From assembly GCF_029227855.1 (NCBI RefSeq), contig NZ_CP074356.1: a DNA stretch of 64,000 nt; one strand, 5' to 3'. This document shows, one piece after another, positions 47,003 through 61,239 of the stretch; within the stretch, counting starts at the first letter, position 1, and every line of letters starts with the position of its first letter. The notes beneath the pieces were generated by a model. That model was given only the letters and a program-made list of their open reading frames with translations, was not told the origin of the DNA and ran no database searches. Position numbers and translations under genes: made by a program. This DNA comes from Escherichia coli (GTDB taxonomy: Bacteria; Pseudomonadota; Gammaproteobacteria; Enterobacterales; Enterobacteriaceae).

Positions 47003-47191
47003 ATGAATAACAATGAACCAGATACTCTGCCTGATCCCGCGATAGGCTATATCTTCCAGAATGATATTGTGGCGTTAAAGCAGGCATTTTCACTGCCTGA
47101 TATTGATTATGCCGATATTTCCCAACGCGAACAGTTGGCCGCGGCATTAAAACGCTGGCCGTTGCTGGCAGAGTTTGCGCAACAAAAGTAG
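47003..47191 (+). CDS. bcsR: Cellulose biosynthesis protein BcsR
   Basis: 62-aa ORF immediately upstream of bcsQ. Confidence 0.85.
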   Translation: MNNNEPDTLPDPAIGYIFQNDIVALKQAFSLPDIDYADISQREQLAAALKRWPLLAEFAQQK

Positions 47192-47202
47192 GGGATTGGT
47201 GA

Positions 47203-47955
47203 ATGGCCGTACTGGGATTGCAGGGGGTGCGGGGAGGCGTGGGGACAACAACCATCACCGCCGCATTAGCCTGGTCATTACAAATGTTGGGAGAAAATGT
47301 TCTGGTGGTCGATGCCTGCCCGGACAACTTGTTGCGCCTGTCATTTAATGTTGATTTTACCCACCGTCAGGGCTGGGCCAGAGCGATGCTGGATGGCCAG
47401 GACTGGCGTGACGCTGGGTTGCGCTACACCTCGCAGCTCGATTTGCTGCCTTTTGGTCAGTTATCCATTGAAGAACAAGAAAATCCACAGCACTGGCAAA
47501 CCCGGCTGAGCGATATTTGCTCCGGCTTACAGCAACTAAAAGCCAGCGGGCGTTACCAGTGGATTTTAATCGACTTACCGCGTGATGCCTCGCAGATAAC
47601 CCACCAGCTGCTGAGTTTGTGCGATCACTCGCTGGCAATCGTCAATGTGGATGCCAACTGCCATATCCGACTGCATCAGCAAGCGCTGCCGGATGGCGCA
47701 CATATTTTGATTAATGACTTCCGTATTGGCAGTCAGGTTCAGGACGATATTTACCAGCTTTGGTTGCAAAGCCAGCGCCGATTACTGCCGATGCTCATTC
47801 ATCGTGATGAAGCGATGGCTGAATGCCTGGCGGCTAAGCAACCAGTAGGTGAATATCGCAGTGATGCGCTGGCGGCTGAAGAGATACTGACGCTGGCGAA
47901 CTGGTGCCTGTTGAACTACTCCGGGCTGAAAACGCCAGTCGGGAGTGCATCATGA
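47203..47955 (+). CDS. bcsQ: Cellulose synthase localisation ATPase (MinD/ParA-like), intact
   Basis: 250-aa uninterrupted ORF; codon 6 is TTG (Leu); P-loop GGVGTTT. Confidence 0.9.
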   Translation: MAVLGLQGVRGGVGTTTITAALAWSLQMLGENVLVVDACPDNLLRLSFNVDFTHRQGWARAMLDGQDWRDAGLRYTSQLDLLPFGQLSIEEQENPQHWQTRLSDICSGLQQLKASGRYQWILIDLPRDASQITHQLLSLCDHSLAIVNVDANCHIRLHQQALPDGAHILINDFRIGSQVQDDIYQLWLQSQRRLLPMLIHRDEAMAECLAAKQPVGEYRSDALAAEEILTLANWCLLNYSGLKTPVGSAS

Positions 47956-50570
47956 GTATCCTGACCCGGTGGTTGCTTATCCCGCCGGTCAACGCGCGGC
48001 TTATCGGGCGTTATCGCGATTATCGTCGTCACGGTGCGTCGGCTTTCAGCGCGACGCTCGGCTGTTTCTGGATGATCCTGGCCTGGATTTTTATTCCGCT
48101 GGAGCACCCGCGCTGGCAGCGTATTCGCGCAGAACATAAAAACCTGTATCCGCATATCAACGCCTCGCGTCCGCGTCCGCTGGACCCGGTCCGTTATCTC
48201 ATTCAAACATGCTGGTTACTGATCGGTACATCGCGCAAAGAAACGCCGAAACCGCGCAGGCGGGCATTTTCAGGTCTGCAGAATATTCGTGGACGTTACC
48301 ATCAATGGATGAACGAGCTGCCTGAGCGCGTTAGCCATAAAACACAGCATCTTGATGAGAAAAAAGAGCTCGGTCATTTGAGTGCCGGGGCGCGGCGGTT
48401 GATCCTCGGTATCATCGTCACCTTCTCGCTGATTCTGGCGTTAATCTGCGTTACTCAACCGTTTAACCCGCTGGCGCAGTTTATCTTCCTGATGCTGCTG
48501 TGGGGTGTAGCGCTGATCGTACGGCGGATGCCGGGGCGCTTCTCGGCGCTAATGTTGATTGTGCTGTCGCTGACCGTTTCTTGCCGTTATATCTGGTGGC
48601 GTTACACCTCTACGCTGAACTGGGACGATCCGGTCAGCCTGGTGTGCGGGCTTATTCTGCTCTTCGCTGAAACGTACGCGTGGATTGTGCTGGTGCTCGG
48701 CTACTTCCAGGTAGTATGGCCGCTGAATCGTCAGCCGGTGCCATTGCCGAAAGATATGTCGCTGTGGCCGTCGGTGGATATCTTTGTCCCGACTTACAAC
48801 GAAGATCTCAACGTGGTGAAAAATACTATTTACGCCTCGCTGGGTATCGACTGGCCGAAAGACAAGCTGAACATCTGGATCCTCGATGACGGCGGTAGGG
48901 AAGAGTTTCGCCAGTTTGCGCAAAACGTGGGGGTGAAATATATCGCCCGTACCACTCATGAACATGCGAAAGCGGGCAACATCAACAATGCGCTGAAATA
49001 TGCCAAAGGCGAGTTCGTGTCGATTTTCGACTGCGACCACGTACCAACGCGATCGTTCCTGCAAATGACCATGGGCTGGTTCCTGAAAGAGAAACAGCTG
49101 GCGATGATGCAGACTCCACACCACTTCTTCTCGCCAGACCCGTTTGAACGCAACCTGGGGCGTTTTCGTAAAACACCGAACGAAGGCACGCTGTTCTATG
49201 GTCTGGTGCAGGATGGCAACGATATGTGGGACGCCACTTTCTTCTACGGTTCCTGTGCGGTGATTCGCCGTAAGCCGCTGGATGAAATTGGCGGCATTGC
49301 TGTCGAAACTGTGACTGAAGATGCGCATACTTCTCTGCGTTTGCACCGTCGTGGATATACCTCCGCGTATATGCGTATTCCGCAGGCGGCGGGGCTGGCG
49401 ACCGAAAGTCTGTCGGCGCATATCGGTCAGCGTATTCGCTGGGCGCGCGGGATGGTGCAAATCTTCCGTCTCGATAACCCGCTCACCGGTAAAGGACTGA
49501 AGTTTGCTCAGCGGCTGTGCTACGTCAACGCCATGTTCCACTTCTTGTCGGGCATTCCACGGCTGATCTTCCTGACTGCGCCGCTGGCGTTCCTGCTGCT
49601 TCATGCCTACATCATCTATGCGCCAGCGTTGATGATCGCCCTATTCGTGCTGCCGCATATGATCCATGCCAGCCTGACCAACTCGAAGATCCAGGGCAAA
49701 TATCGCCACTCTTTCTGGAGTGAAATCTACGAAACGGTGCTGGCGTGGTATATCGCACCACCGACGCTGGTGGCGCTGATTAACCCGCACAAAGGCAAAT
49801 TTAACGTCACCGCCAAAGGTGGACTGGTGGAAGAAGAGTACGTCGACTGGGTGATCTCGCGGCCCTACATCTTCCTTGTTCTACTCAACCTGGTGGGCGT
49901 TGCGGTAGGCATCTGGCGCTACTTCTATGGCCCGCCAACCGAGATGCTCACCGTGGTCGTCAGTATGGTGTGGGTGTTCTACAACCTGATTGTTCTTGGC
50001 GGCGCAGTTGCGGTATCGGTAGAAAGCAAACAGGTACGCCGATCGCACCGCGTGGAGATGACGATGCCCGCGGCAATTGCCCGCGAAGATGGTCACCTCT
50101 TCTCGTGTACCGTTCAGGATTTCTCCGACGGTGGTTTGGGGATCAAGATCAACGGTCAGGCGCAGATTCTGGAAGGGCAGAAAGTGAATCTGTTGCTTAA
50201 ACGCGGTCAGCAGGAATACGTCTTCCCGACCCAGGTGGCGCGCGTGATGGGTAATGAAGTTGGGCTGAAATTAATGCCGCTCACCACCCAGCAACATATC
50301 GATTTTGTGCAGTGTACGTTTGCCCGTGCGGATACATGGGCGCTCTGGCAGGACAGCTACCCGGAAGATAAGCCGCTGGAAAGTCTGCTGGATATTCTGA
50401 AGCTCGGCTTCCGTGGCTACCGCCATCTGGCGGAGTTTGCGCCTTCTTCGGTGAAGGGCATATTCCGTGTGCTGACTTCTCTGGTTTCCTGGGTTGTATC
50501 GTTTATTCCGCGCCGCCCGGAGCGGAGCGAAACGGCACAACCATCGGATCAGGCTTTGGCTCAACAATGA
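47952..50570 (+). CDS. bcsA: Cellulose synthase catalytic subunit (GT2 plus PilZ)
   Basis: 872 aa from MSILTRWLLIPP; QRIRW motif; 4-nt overlap with bcsQ. Confidence 0.95.
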   Translation: MSILTRWLLIPPVNARLIGRYRDYRRHGASAFSATLGCFWMILAWIFIPLEHPRWQRIRAEHKNLYPHINASRPRPLDPVRYLIQTCWLLIGTSRKETPKPRRRAFSGLQNIRGRYHQWMNELPERVSHKTQHLDEKKELGHLSAGARRLILGIIVTFSLILALICVTQPFNPLAQFIFLMLLWGVALIVRRMPGRFSALMLIVLSLTVSCRYIWWRYTSTLNWDDPVSLVCGLILLFAETYAWIVLVLGYFQVVWPLNRQPVPLPKDMSLWPSVDIFVPTYNEDLNVVKNTIYASLGIDWPKDKLNIWILDDGGREEFRQFAQNVGVKYIARTTHEHAKAGNINNALKYAKGEFVSIFDCDHVPTRSFLQMTMGWFLKEKQLAMMQTPHHFFSPDPFERNLGRFRKTPNEGTLFYGLVQDGNDMWDATFFYGSCAVIRRKPLDEIGGIAVETVTEDAHTSLRLHRRGYTSAYMRIPQAAGLATESLSAHIGQRIRWARGMVQIFRLDNPLTGKGLKFAQRLCYVNAMFHFLSGIPRLIFLTAPLAFLLLHAYIIYAPALMIALFVLPHMIHASLTNSKIQGKYRHSFWSEIYETVLAWYIAPPTLVALINPHKGKFNVTAKGGLVEEEYVDWVISRPYIFLVLLNLVGVAVGIWRYFYGPPTEMLTVVVSMVWVFYNLIVLGGAVAVSVESKQVRRSHRVEMTMPAAIAREDGHLFSCTVQDFSDGGLGIKINGQAQILEGQKVNLLLKRGQQEYVFPTQVARVMGNEVGLKLMPLTTQQHIDFVQCTFARADTWALWQDSYPEDKPLESLLDILKLGFRGYRHLAEFAPSSVKGIFRVLTSLVSWVVSFIPRRPERSETAQPSDQALAQQ

Positions 50571-50580
50571 TGATAACGCG

Positions 50581-52920
50581 ATGAAAAGAAAACTATTCTG
50601 GATTTGTGCAGTGGCTATGGGGATGAGTGCGTTCCCCTCTTTCATGACGCAGGCGACGCCAGCAACGCAACCACTGATCAATGCTGAGCCAGCTGTAGCC
50701 GCCCAGACGGAACAAAATCCGCAGGTGGGGCAAGTGATGCCGGGCGTGCAGGGCGCTGATGCGCCAGTCGTGGCGCAGAACGGTCCTTCGCGTGATGTGA
50801 AGCTGACCTTTGCGCAAATTGCGCCGCCGCCGGGCAGCATGGTGCTACGTGGCATTAACCCGAACGGCAGCATTGAGTTTGGTATGCGCAGCGATGAAGT
50901 GGTGACGAAGGCGATGCTCAACCTCGAATACACGCCATCGCCATCGTTACTGCCTGTCCAGTCGCAGTTAAAGGTTTATCTCAATGATGAGCTGATGGGC
51001 GTGCTGCCAGTGACCAAAGAACAGTTGGGTAAAAAAACGCTGGCGCAAATGCCCATTAACCCACTGTTTATTACCGACTTCAACCGTGTGCGGCTGGAGT
51101 TTGTCGGCCATTATCAGGACGTGTGCGAAAACCCGGCCAGCACCACGCTTTGGCTGGATGTTGGGCGGAGCAGTGGACTGGATCTGACCTATCAGACCCT
51201 GAATGTGAAGAATGACCTGTCACACTTCCCGGTGCCATTCTTTGATCCGCGTGATAACCGCACCAACACCTTGCCGATGGTCTTTGCGGGTGCGCCGGAT
51301 GTTGGGCTGCAACAAGCCTCTGCCATTGTCGCCTCGTGGTTTGGTTCGCGTTCTGGCTGGCGTGGGCAGAACTTCCCGGTGCTCTATAACCAACTGCCGG
51401 ATCGTAATGCCATTGTCTTTGCAACCAACGACAAACGGCCGGACTTCCTGCGCGATCATCCGGCGGTAAAAGCCCCGGTGATTGAGATGATTAACCATCC
51501 GCAGAATCCTTACGTCAAACTGCTGGTGGTGTTTGGTCGTGACGACAAAGACCTGTTGCAGGCAGCGAAAGGTATCGCTCAGGGTAACATTCTGTTCCGT
51601 GGTGAAAGCGTGGTAGTGAATGAAGTGAAACCGCTGCTACCGCGTAAGCCGTACGATGCGCCGAACTGGGTACGTACCGATCGTCCGGTCACATTTGGCG
51701 AACTGAAAACCTATGAAGAACAGTTACAATCCAGCGGTCTTGAGCCAGCAGCGATTAACGTTTCGCTAAACCTGCCGCCGGATCTCTACCTGATGCGCAG
51801 TACCGGCATTGATATGGATATTAATTACCGCTACACCATGCCGCCGGTGAAAGACAGTTCGCGGATGGATATCAGCCTGAATAACCAGTTCCTGCAATCC
51901 TTCAACCTGAGCAGCAAACAGGAGGCGAACCGCCTGCTGCTGCGGATTCCGGTATTACAAGGTTTGCTGGATGGCAAAACAGATGTCTCTATTCCGGCGC
52001 TGAAACTGGGCGCGACCAACCAGCTGCGCTTCGACTTTGAGTATATGAACCCGATGCCGGGCGGTTCGGTGGATAACTGTATTACCTTCCAGCCGGTGCA
52101 GAATCATGTGGTGATTGGTGACGACTCCACCATCGACTTCTCGAAGTATTACCACTTCATCCCGATGCCGGATCTACGCGCCTTTGCTAACGCGGGCTTC
52201 CCATTCAGCCGGATGGCGGATCTGTCGCAAACCATCACCGTGATGCCGAAAGCGCCTAACGAAGCACAGATGGAAACGTTGCTGAATACTGTTGGTTTTA
52301 TCGGCGCACAGACGGGCTTCCCGGCGATTAATCTGACGGTGACCGATGATGGCAGCACCATTCAGGGCAAAGATGCCGACATCATGATCATCGGTGGTAT
52401 CCCGGACAAACTGAAAGACGATAAGCAGATCGACCTATTGGTGCAGGCGACCGAAAGCTGGGTGAAAACACCGATGCGCCAGACCCCGTTCCCCGGCATT
52501 GTGCCGGACGAGAGCGATCGCGCGGCAGAAACCCAGTCAACGCTGACCTCTTCCGGTGCGATGGCGGCGGTGATTGGCTTCCAGTCGCCGTATAACGACC
52601 AGCGCAGCGTGATTGCGCTGCTGGCAGATAGCCCACGCGGTTATGAAATGCTTAACGATGCGGTGAACGATAGCGGCAAACGCGCCACCATGTTCGGTTC
52701 GGTCGCGGTGATCCGCGAGTCCGGTATCAACAGCCTACGTGTTGGCGACGTTTATTACGTAGGTCATCTGCCGTGGTTCGAGCGCTTGTGGTATGCGCTG
52801 GCAAACCATCCGATTCTGCTGGCGGTGCTGGCGGCTATCAGTGTGATATTGCTGGCATGGGTACTGTGGCGTCTGCTGCGAATTATTAGTCGTCGTCGTC
52901 TTAACCCGGATAACGAGTAA
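50581..52920 (+). CDS. bcsB: Cellulose synthase periplasmic subunit
   Basis: 779 aa from MKRKLFWICAVAMGMSAFPS; C-terminal TM anchor. Confidence 0.93.
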   Translation: MKRKLFWICAVAMGMSAFPSFMTQATPATQPLINAEPAVAAQTEQNPQVGQVMPGVQGADAPVVAQNGPSRDVKLTFAQIAPPPGSMVLRGINPNGSIEFGMRSDEVVTKAMLNLEYTPSPSLLPVQSQLKVYLNDELMGVLPVTKEQLGKKTLAQMPINPLFITDFNRVRLEFVGHYQDVCENPASTTLWLDVGRSSGLDLTYQTLNVKNDLSHFPVPFFDPRDNRTNTLPMVFAGAPDVGLQQASAIVASWFGSRSGWRGQNFPVLYNQLPDRNAIVFATNDKRPDFLRDHPAVKAPVIEMINHPQNPYVKLLVVFGRDDKDLLQAAKGIAQGNILFRGESVVVNEVKPLLPRKPYDAPNWVRTDRPVTFGELKTYEEQLQSSGLEPAAINVSLNLPPDLYLMRSTGIDMDINYRYTMPPVKDSSRMDISLNNQFLQSFNLSSKQEANRLLLRIPVLQGLLDGKTDVSIPALKLGATNQLRFDFEYMNPMPGGSVDNCITFQPVQNHVVIGDDSTIDFSKYYHFIPMPDLRAFANAGFPFSRMADLSQTITVMPKAPNEAQMETLLNTVGFIGAQTGFPAINLTVTDDGSTIQGKDADIMIIGGIPDKLKDDKQIDLLVQATESWVKTPMRQTPFPGIVPDESDRAAETQSTLTSSGAMAAVIGFQSPYNDQRSVIALLADSPRGYEMLNDAVNDSGKRATMFGSVAVIRESGINSLRVGDVYYVGHLPWFERLWYALANHPILLAVLAAISVILLAWVLWRLLRIISRRRLNPDNE

Positions 52921-52926
52921 TTGAAG

Positions 52927-54033
52927 ATGAATGTGTTGCGTAGTGGAATCGTGACGATGCTGCTGTTGGCTGCCTTTAGTGTTCAGGCAGCCTGTACCTG
53001 GCCTGCCTGGGAGCAGTTTAAAAAGGATTACATCAGTCAGGAAGGGCGCGTCATCGACCCCAGCGACGCGCGCAAAATCACCACCTCCGAAGGGCAAAGT
53101 TACGGTATGTTCTTTGCCCTGGCGGCTAACGACCGTGTAGCTTTCGATAATATTCTCGACTGGACGCAGAACAATCTCGCTCAGGGCTCTTTAAAAGAAC
53201 GTTTGCCCGCCTGGCTGTGGGGCAAGAAAGAGAACAGTAAGTGGGAAGTGCTGGACAGCAATTCGGCCTCCGATGGTGATGTCTGGATGGCCTGGTCGTT
53301 GCTGGAGGCGGGGCGTTTGTGGAAAGAGCAGCGTTATACCGACATCGGCAGCGCGTTGCTAAAACGTATCGCGCGGGAGGAAGTGGTGACGGTGCCTGGG
53401 CTGGGTTCCATGTTGTTACCGGGCAAAGTGGGTTTTGCTGAGGATAACAGCTGGCGTTTTAACCCCAGCTACCTGCCGCCGACGCTGGCGCAGTATTTCA
53501 CCCGCTTTGGCGCGCCGTGGACCACGCTGCGCGAAACCAATCAACGTTTATTGCTGGAAACCGCCCCGAAAGGTTTTTCGCCAGACTGGGTGCGCTATGA
53601 GAAAGACAAAGGCTGGCAGCTAAAAGCCGAAAAAACATTGATCAGCAGCTACGACGCTATCCGCGTTTACATGTGGGTAGGCATGATGCCTGACAGCGAT
53701 CCGCAAAAAGCGCGGATGCTCAACCGGTTTAAACCGATGGCGACATTCACTGAGAAAAACGGTTATCCGCCGGAAAAAGTGGATGTGGCTACGGGGAAAG
53801 CGCAGGGTAAAGGACCGGTCGGTTTTTCTGCCGCCATGCTGCCCTTTTTACAAAACCGCGATGCGCAGGCCGTTCAGCGCCAGCGCGTGGCCGATAACTT
53901 TCCCGGCAGCGATGCCTATTACAACTATGTGCTGACCCTGTTTGGACAAGGCTGGGATCAACACCGTTTCCGCTTCTCGACAAAAGGTGAGTTATTACCT
54001 GACTGGGGCCAGGAATGCGCAAATTCACACTAA
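52927..54033 (+). CDS. bcsZ: Endo-1,4-beta-glucanase (GH8)
   Basis: 368 aa from ATG 52927 ([13 protein letters not shown]); track ORF begins at TTG 52921. Confidence 0.92.
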   Translation: MNVLRSGIVTMLLLAAFSVQAACTWPAWEQFKKDYISQEGRVIDPSDARKITTSEGQSYGMFFALAANDRVAFDNILDWTQNNLAQGSLKERLPAWLWGKKENSKWEVLDSNSASDGDVWMAWSLLEAGRLWKEQRYTDIGSALLKRIAREEVVTVPGLGSMLLPGKVGFAEDNSWRFNPSYLPPTLAQYFTRFGAPWTTLRETNQRLLLETAPKGFSPDWVRYEKDKGWQLKAEKTLISSYDAIRVYMWVGMMPDSDPQKARMLNRFKPMATFTEKNGYPPEKVDVATGKAQGKGPVGFSAAMLPFLQNRDAQAVQRQRVADNFPGSDAYYNYVLTLFGQGWDQHRFRFSTKGELLPDWGQECANSH

Positions 54034-57000
54034 ACATATTCACGCTTTCCCTCGGTCTGGCCGTCATGCCGATGGTCGAGGCAGCACCAACCGCTCAGCA
54101 ACAGTTGCTGGAGCAAGTTCGGTTAGGCGAAGCGACCCATCGTGAAGATCTGGTGCAACAGTCGTTATATCGGCTGGAACTTATTGATCCGAATAACCCG
54201 GACGTCGTTGCCGCCCGTTTCCGTTCTTTGTTACGTCAGGGCGATATTGATGGCGCGCAAAAACAGCTCGATCGGCTGTCGCAGTTAGCGCCGAGTTCGA
54301 ATGCGTATAAATCGTCGCGGACTACGATGCTACTTTCCACGCCGGATGGTCGTCAGGCACTGCAACAGGCACGATTGCAGGCGACGACCGGTCATGCAGA
54401 AGAAGCTGTGGCGAGTTACAACAAACTGTTCAACGGTGCGCCGCCGGAAGGTGACATTGCCGTCGAGTACTGGAGTACGGTGGCGAAAATTCCGGCTCGC
54501 CGTGGCGAAGCGATTAATCAGCTAAAACGCATTAATGCGGATACGCCGGGCAATACGGGCCTGCAAAACAATCTGGCGCTATTGCTGTTTAGTAGCGATC
54601 GGCGTGACGAAGGTTTTGCCGTCCTGGAACAGATGGCAAAATCGAACGCCGGGCGCGAAGGGGCCTCTAAAATCTGGTACGGGCAGATTAAAGACATGCC
54701 CGTCAGTGATGCCAGTGTGTCGGCGCTGAAAAAATATCTCTCGATCTTTAGTGATGGCGATAGCGTGGCGGCTGCGCAATCGCAACTGGCAGAACAGCAA
54801 AAACAGCTGGCCGATCCTGCTTTCCGCGCTCGTGCGCAAGGTTTAGCGGCGGTGGACTCTGGTATGGCGGGTAAAGCCATTCCCGAACTACAACAGGCGG
54901 TGCGGGCGAACCCGAAAGACAGTGAAGCTCTGGGGGCGCTGGGCCAGGCGTATTCTCAGAAAGGCGATCGCGCCAATGCAGTGGCGAATCTGGAAAAAGC
55001 CCTCGCACTGGACCCGCACAGCAGCAACAACGACAAATGGAACAGTCTGCTGAAAGTAAACCGCTACTGGCTGGCGATCCAGCAGGGCGATGCTGCGCTG
55101 AAAGCCAATAATCCTGACCGGGCAGAACGCCTGTTCCAGCAGGCGCGTAATGTCGATAACACCGACAGTTATGCAGTGCTGGGGCTGGGCGATGTGGCGA
55201 TGGCGCGAAAAGATTATCCCGCCGCCGAACGTTATTATCAGCAGACCTTGCGTATGGACAGCGGCAATACTAACGCCGTGCGCGGGCTGGCAAATATTTA
55301 CCGCCAGCAATCGCCAGAAAAAGCTGAAGCGTTTATCGCCTCGCTCTCTGCCAGTCAGCGGCGTAGCATTGATGATATCGAACGCAGCCTGCAAAACGAC
55401 CGTCTGGCACAGCAGGCAGAGGCACTGGAAAACCAGGGCAAATGGGCGCAGGCGGCAGCACTTCAGCGGCAACGACTGGCGCTGGACCCCGGCAGCGTAT
55501 GGATTACTTACCGACTTTCGCAGGATCTCTGGCAGGCCGGACAACGCAGCCAGGCCGATACGTTAATGCGCAATCTGGCGCAGCATAAGCCGAACGACCC
55601 GGAGCAGGTTTACGCTTACGGGCTGTACCTCTCTGGTCATGACCAGGACAGAGCGGCGCTGGCGCATATCAACAGCCTGCCGCGCGCGCAGTGGAACAGC
55701 AATATTCAGGAGCTGGTTAATCGACTGCAAAGCGATCAGGTGATGGAAACCGCTAATCGCCTGCGAGAAAGCGGCAAAGAAGCTGAAGCGGAAGCGATGC
55801 TGCGTCAGCAACCACCTTCCACGCGTATTGACCTCACGCTGGCTGACTGGGCGCAGCAGCGACGTGATTACACCGCCGCCCGCGCTGCATATCAGAATGT
55901 CCTGACGCTGGAGCCAACTAACGCCGATGCCATTCTGGGGCTGACGGAAGTGGATATTGCTGCCGGTGACACAGCGGCGGCACGTAGCCAGCTGGCGAAA
56001 CTGCCCGCTACCGATAACGCCTCGCTGAACACACAGCGGCGCGTGGCGCTGGCGCAGGCGCAGCTTGGAGATACCGCAGCGGCGCAGCAGACGTTTAATA
56101 AGTTGATCCCGCAGGCAAAATCTCAGCCACCGTCGATGGAAAGCGCGATGGTGCTGCGCGACGGTGCGAAGTTTGAAGCGCAGGCGGGCGATCCAAAGCA
56201 GGCGCTGGAAACCTACAAAGACGCCATGGTCGCATCCGGTGTGACCACGACGCGTCCGCAGGATAACGACACATTCACCCGACTGACCCGTAACGACGAG
56301 AAAGATGACTGGCTGAAACGCGGCGTGCGCAGCGATGCGGCGGACCTCTATCGCCAGCAGGATCTTAACGTCACCCTCGAGCACGATTACTGGGGTTCGA
56401 GCGGCACCGGTGGTTACTCCGATCTGAAAGCGCACACTACCATGTTGCAGGTGGATGCGCCGTATTCTGACGGGCGGATGTTCTTTCGCAGTGATTTCGT
56501 CAATATGAACGTCGGCAGTTTCTCCACTAATGCCGATGGCAAATGGGATGACAACTGGGGCACCTGTACATTACAGGACTGTAGCGGCAACCGCAGCCAG
56601 TCGGATTCCGGTGCCAGCGTGGCGGTCGGCTGGCGAAATGACGTCTGGAGCTGGGATATCGGTACCACGCCGATGGGCTTCAACGTGGTGGATGTGGTCG
56701 GCGGCATCAGTTACAGCGATGATATCGGGCCGCTGGGTTACACCGTTAACGCCCACCGTCGGCCCATCTCCAGTTCTTTGCTGGCCTTTGGTGGGCAAAA
56801 AGACTCCCCGAGCAATACCGGGAAAAAATGGGGTGGCGTACGTGCCGACGGTGTGGGGCTAAGTCTGAGCTACGATAAAGGTGAAGCAAACGGCGTCTGG
56901 GCATCGCTTAGTGGCGACCAGTTAACCGGTAAAAATGTCGAAGATAACTGGCGCGTGCGCTGGATGACGGGCTATTACTATAAGGTCATTAACCAGAACA

Positions 57001-57488
57001 ATCGCCGCGTCACAATCGGCCTGAACAACATGATCTGGCATTACGACAAAGATCTGAGTGGCTACTCACTCGGTCAGGGCGGTTACTACAGTCCGCAGGA
57101 ATACCTGTCGTTTGCCATACCGGTGATGTGGCGGGAGCGCACGGAAAACTGGTCGTGGGAGCTGGGGGCGTCTGGCTCGTGGTCGCATTCACGCACCAAA
57201 ACCATGCCGCGTTATCCGCTGATGAATCTGATCCCGACCGACTGGCAGGAAGAAGCTGCGCGGCAATCCAACGATGGCGGCAGCAGTCAGGGCTTCGGCT
57301 ACACGGCGCGGGCATTACTTGAACGACGTGTTACTTCCAACTGGTTTGTTGGCACGGCAATTGATATCCAGCAGGCGAAAGATTACGCACCCAGCCATTT
57401 CCTGCTCTACGTACGTTATTCCGCCGCCGGATGGCAGGGTGACATGGATTTACCGCCGCAGCCGCTGATACCTTACGCCGACTGGTAA
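54015..57488 (+). CDS. bcsC: Cellulose secretion outer-membrane protein (TPR repeats plus beta-barrel)
   Basis: 1157-aa ORF; 19-nt overlap with bcsZ. Confidence 0.93.
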   Translation: MRKFTLNIFTLSLGLAVMPMVEAAPTAQQQLLEQVRLGEATHREDLVQQSLYRLELIDPNNPDVVAARFRSLLRQGDIDGAQKQLDRLSQLAPSSNAYKSSRTTMLLSTPDGRQALQQARLQATTGHAEEAVASYNKLFNGAPPEGDIAVEYWSTVAKIPARRGEAINQLKRINADTPGNTGLQNNLALLLFSSDRRDEGFAVLEQMAKSNAGREGASKIWYGQIKDMPVSDASVSALKKYLSIFSDGDSVAAAQSQLAEQQKQLADPAFRARAQGLAAVDSGMAGKAIPELQQAVRANPKDSEALGALGQAYSQKGDRANAVANLEKALALDPHSSNNDKWNSLLKVNRYWLAIQQGDAALKANNPDRAERLFQQARNVDNTDSYAVLGLGDVAMARKDYPAAERYYQQTLRMDSGNTNAVRGLANIYRQQSPEKAEAFIASLSASQRRSIDDIERSLQNDRLAQQAEALENQGKWAQAAALQRQRLALDPGSVWITYRLSQDLWQAGQRSQADTLMRNLAQHKPNDPEQVYAYGLYLSGHDQDRAALAHINSLPRAQWNSNIQELVNRLQSDQVMETANRLRESGKEAEAEAMLRQQPPSTRIDLTLADWAQQRRDYTAARAAYQNVLTLEPTNADAILGLTEVDIAAGDTAAARSQLAKLPATDNASLNTQRRVALAQAQLGDTAAAQQTFNKLIPQAKSQPPSMESAMVLRDGAKFEAQAGDPKQALETYKDAMVASGVTTTRPQDNDTFTRLTRNDEKDDWLKRGVRSDAADLYRQQDLNVTLEHDYWGSSGTGGYSDLKAHTTMLQVDAPYSDGRMFFRSDFVNMNVGSFSTNADGKWDDNWGTCTLQDCSGNRSQSDSGASVAVGWRNDVWSWDIGTTPMGFNVVDVVGGISYSDDIGPLGYTVNAHRRPISSSLLAFGGQKDSPSNTGKKWGGVRADGVGLSLSYDKGEANGVWASLSGDQLTGKNVEDNWRVRWMTGYYYKVINQNNRRVTIGLNNMIWHYDKDLSGYSLGQGGYYSPQEYLSFAIPVMWRERTENWSWELGASGSWSHSRTKTMPRYPLMNLIPTDWQEEAARQSNDGGSSQGFGYTARALLERRVTSNWFVGTAIDIQQAKDYAPSHFLLYVRYSAAGWQGDMDLPPQPLIPYADW

Positions 57489-57569
57489 GTTTTCAGATAG
57501 CGCCTCTCTTAATGCCGCTGCGATCGGGTATACTCGGGCGGCAATCTGGGATTTCCGGGGGGAGACAAT

Positions 57570-59558
57570 TTGCGCGTAAGTCGCTCGTTAACAATCAAGC
57601 AGATGGCAATGGTGGCAGCCGTTGTCCTGGTGTTCGTTTTTATTTTTTGCACCGTTTTGCTGTTCCATCTGGTCCAGCAGAATCGCTATAACACGGCTAC
57701 GCAACTGGAAAGCATTGCTCGCTCTGTCCGCGAACCCTTATCTTCAGCTATTTTGAAAGGCGATATTCCCGAAGCGGAAGCTATTCTTGCCAGCATTAAA
57801 CCGGCAGGCGTGGTCAGCCGTGCCGATGTAGTGCTGCCTAACCAGTTCCAGGCGCTGCGTAAAAGTTTTATTCCAGAGCGCCCGGTGCCGGTAATGGTTA
57901 CTCGCCTGTTTGAGCTACCGGTTCAAATCTCGCTGGGCGTTTACTCGCTCGAACGTCCGGCAAACCCGCAGCCAATTGCCTATCTGGTACTACAGGCGGA
58001 TTCCTTCCGTATGTATAAGTTCGTGATGAGCACCCTCTCAACGTTAGTGACCATTTACTTACTTTTGTCGCTTATCCTGACCGTCGCCATCAGCTGGTGC
58101 ATTAACCGCCTGATTTTGCATCCGTTACGCAATATTGCTCGCGAACTTAACGCCATCCCAGCCCAGGAGCTTGTTGGTCACCAACTGGCATTACCGCGTC
58201 TGCATCAGGACGATGAAATCGGTATGTTGGTGCGCAGTTACAACCTCAACCAGCAATTGCTGCAGCGCCATTATGAAGAACAGAACGAAAATGCGATGCG
58301 CTTCCCGGTGTCGGATTTGCCGAACAAAGCCTTGCTGATGGAGATGCTGGAGCAGGTTGTCGCGCGTAAACAAACCACCGCGCTGATGATCATCACCTGT
58401 GAAACCCTGCGTGATACTGCGGGCGTGCTGAAAGAGGCGCAACGAGAAATTCTGCTGCTGACGCTGGTGGAAAAACTCAAATCGGTACTGTCGCCACGTA
58501 TGATCCTCGCGCAGATTAGCGGTTATGACTTTGCTGTCATTGCCAACGGTGTACAGGAACCGTGGCACGCAATCACCTTAGGTCAGCAAGTGCTCACTAT
58601 CATGAGCGAGCGCCTGCCGATTGAACGTATTCAACTCCGTCCGCACTGTAGCATTGGCGTGGCGATGTTCTACGGCGATCTCACCGCCGAACAGCTTTAC
58701 AGTCGCGCTATTTCTGCGGCATTTACCGCTCGCCATAAAGGCAAGAATCAGATTCAGTTCTTTGATCCGCAGCAGATGGAAGCCGCCCAGAAGCGGTTGA
58801 CGGAAGAGAGCGATATCCTTAATGCACTGGAAAATCATCAGTTTGCAATTTGGTTACAGCCACAGGTCGAGATGAGCAGCGGTAAACTGGTCAGTGCGGA
58901 AGTGTTACTGCGTATCCAGCAACCGGATGGCAGTTGGGACCTGCCGGATGGCTTAATCGATCGCATTGAGTGCTGTGGGCTCATGGTTACCGTCGGTCAC
59001 TGGGTGCTGGAAGAGTCCTGTCGATTGCTTGCAGCCTGGCAAGAGCGCGGCATTATGCTGCCCTTGTCGGTAAACCTCTCTGCGCTGCAACTGATGCACC
59101 CGAATATGGTGGCGGATATGCTGGAACTGTTAACCCGCTATCGCATTCAGCCGGGAACACTGATTCTGGAAGTGACAGAAAGCCGACGTATTGACGACCC
59201 TCATGCTGCGGTGGCAATCCTCCGTCCGCTGCGCAATGCCGGAGTTCGGGTGGCGCTGGATGATTTCGGCATGGGCTACGCAGGGCTGCGTCAGCTGCAG
59301 CATATGAAATCGTTGCCAATCGACGTACTGAAAATCGACAAAATGTTTGTTGAAGGCTTGCCGGAAGATAGCAGCATGATTGCTGCAATTATCATGCTGG
59401 CGCAGAGCCTGAACTTACAAATGATTGCCGAAGGCGTGGAGACTGAAGCACAACGCGACTGGCTGGCAAAAGCGGGCGTTGGTATTGCCCAGGGCTTCCT
59501 TTTTGCTCGCCCACTCCCTATTGAAATCTTCGAAGAGAGTTACCTGGAAGAAAAGTAG
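57570..59558 (+). CDS. pdeK: c-di-GMP phosphodiesterase (HAMP-GGDEF-EAL membrane protein)
   Basis: 662-aa ORF as in track (begins at TTG 57570, GGGGAG RBS upstream); EAL motif region present. Confidence 0.88.
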   Translation: MRVSRSLTIKQMAMVAAVVLVFVFIFCTVLLFHLVQQNRYNTATQLESIARSVREPLSSAILKGDIPEAEAILASIKPAGVVSRADVVLPNQFQALRKSFIPERPVPVMVTRLFELPVQISLGVYSLERPANPQPIAYLVLQADSFRMYKFVMSTLSTLVTIYLLLSLILTVAISWCINRLILHPLRNIARELNAIPAQELVGHQLALPRLHQDDEIGMLVRSYNLNQQLLQRHYEEQNENAMRFPVSDLPNKALLMEMLEQVVARKQTTALMIITCETLRDTAGVLKEAQREILLLTLVEKLKSVLSPRMILAQISGYDFAVIANGVQEPWHAITLGQQVLTIMSERLPIERIQLRPHCSIGVAMFYGDLTAEQLYSRAISAAFTARHKGKNQIQFFDPQQMEAAQKRLTEESDILNALENHQFAIWLQPQVEMSSGKLVSAEVLLRIQQPDGSWDLPDGLIDRIECCGLMVTVGHWVLEESCRLLAAWQERGIMLPLSVNLSALQLMHPNMVADMLELLTRYRIQPGTLILEVTESRRIDDPHAAVAILRPLRNAGVRVALDDFGMGYAGLRQLQHMKSLPIDVLKIDKMFVEGLPEDSSMIAAIIMLAQSLNLQMIAEGVETEAQRDWLAKAGVGIAQGFLFARPLPIEIFEESYLEEK

Positions 59559-59704
59559 CTACCCCAAACTGATTACAAAACTTTAAAAAGTGCTGGTTTG
59601 TGCGAGCCAGCTCAAACTTTTTAACCTTTTTGTTTCAATTATGATCCAGGTACATTTCTGTGATGTTGTCTGGGTGTTATTTTAAGGCCGCAGGTACCCC
59701 ATAA

Positions 59705-61239
<1,535 letters not shown>

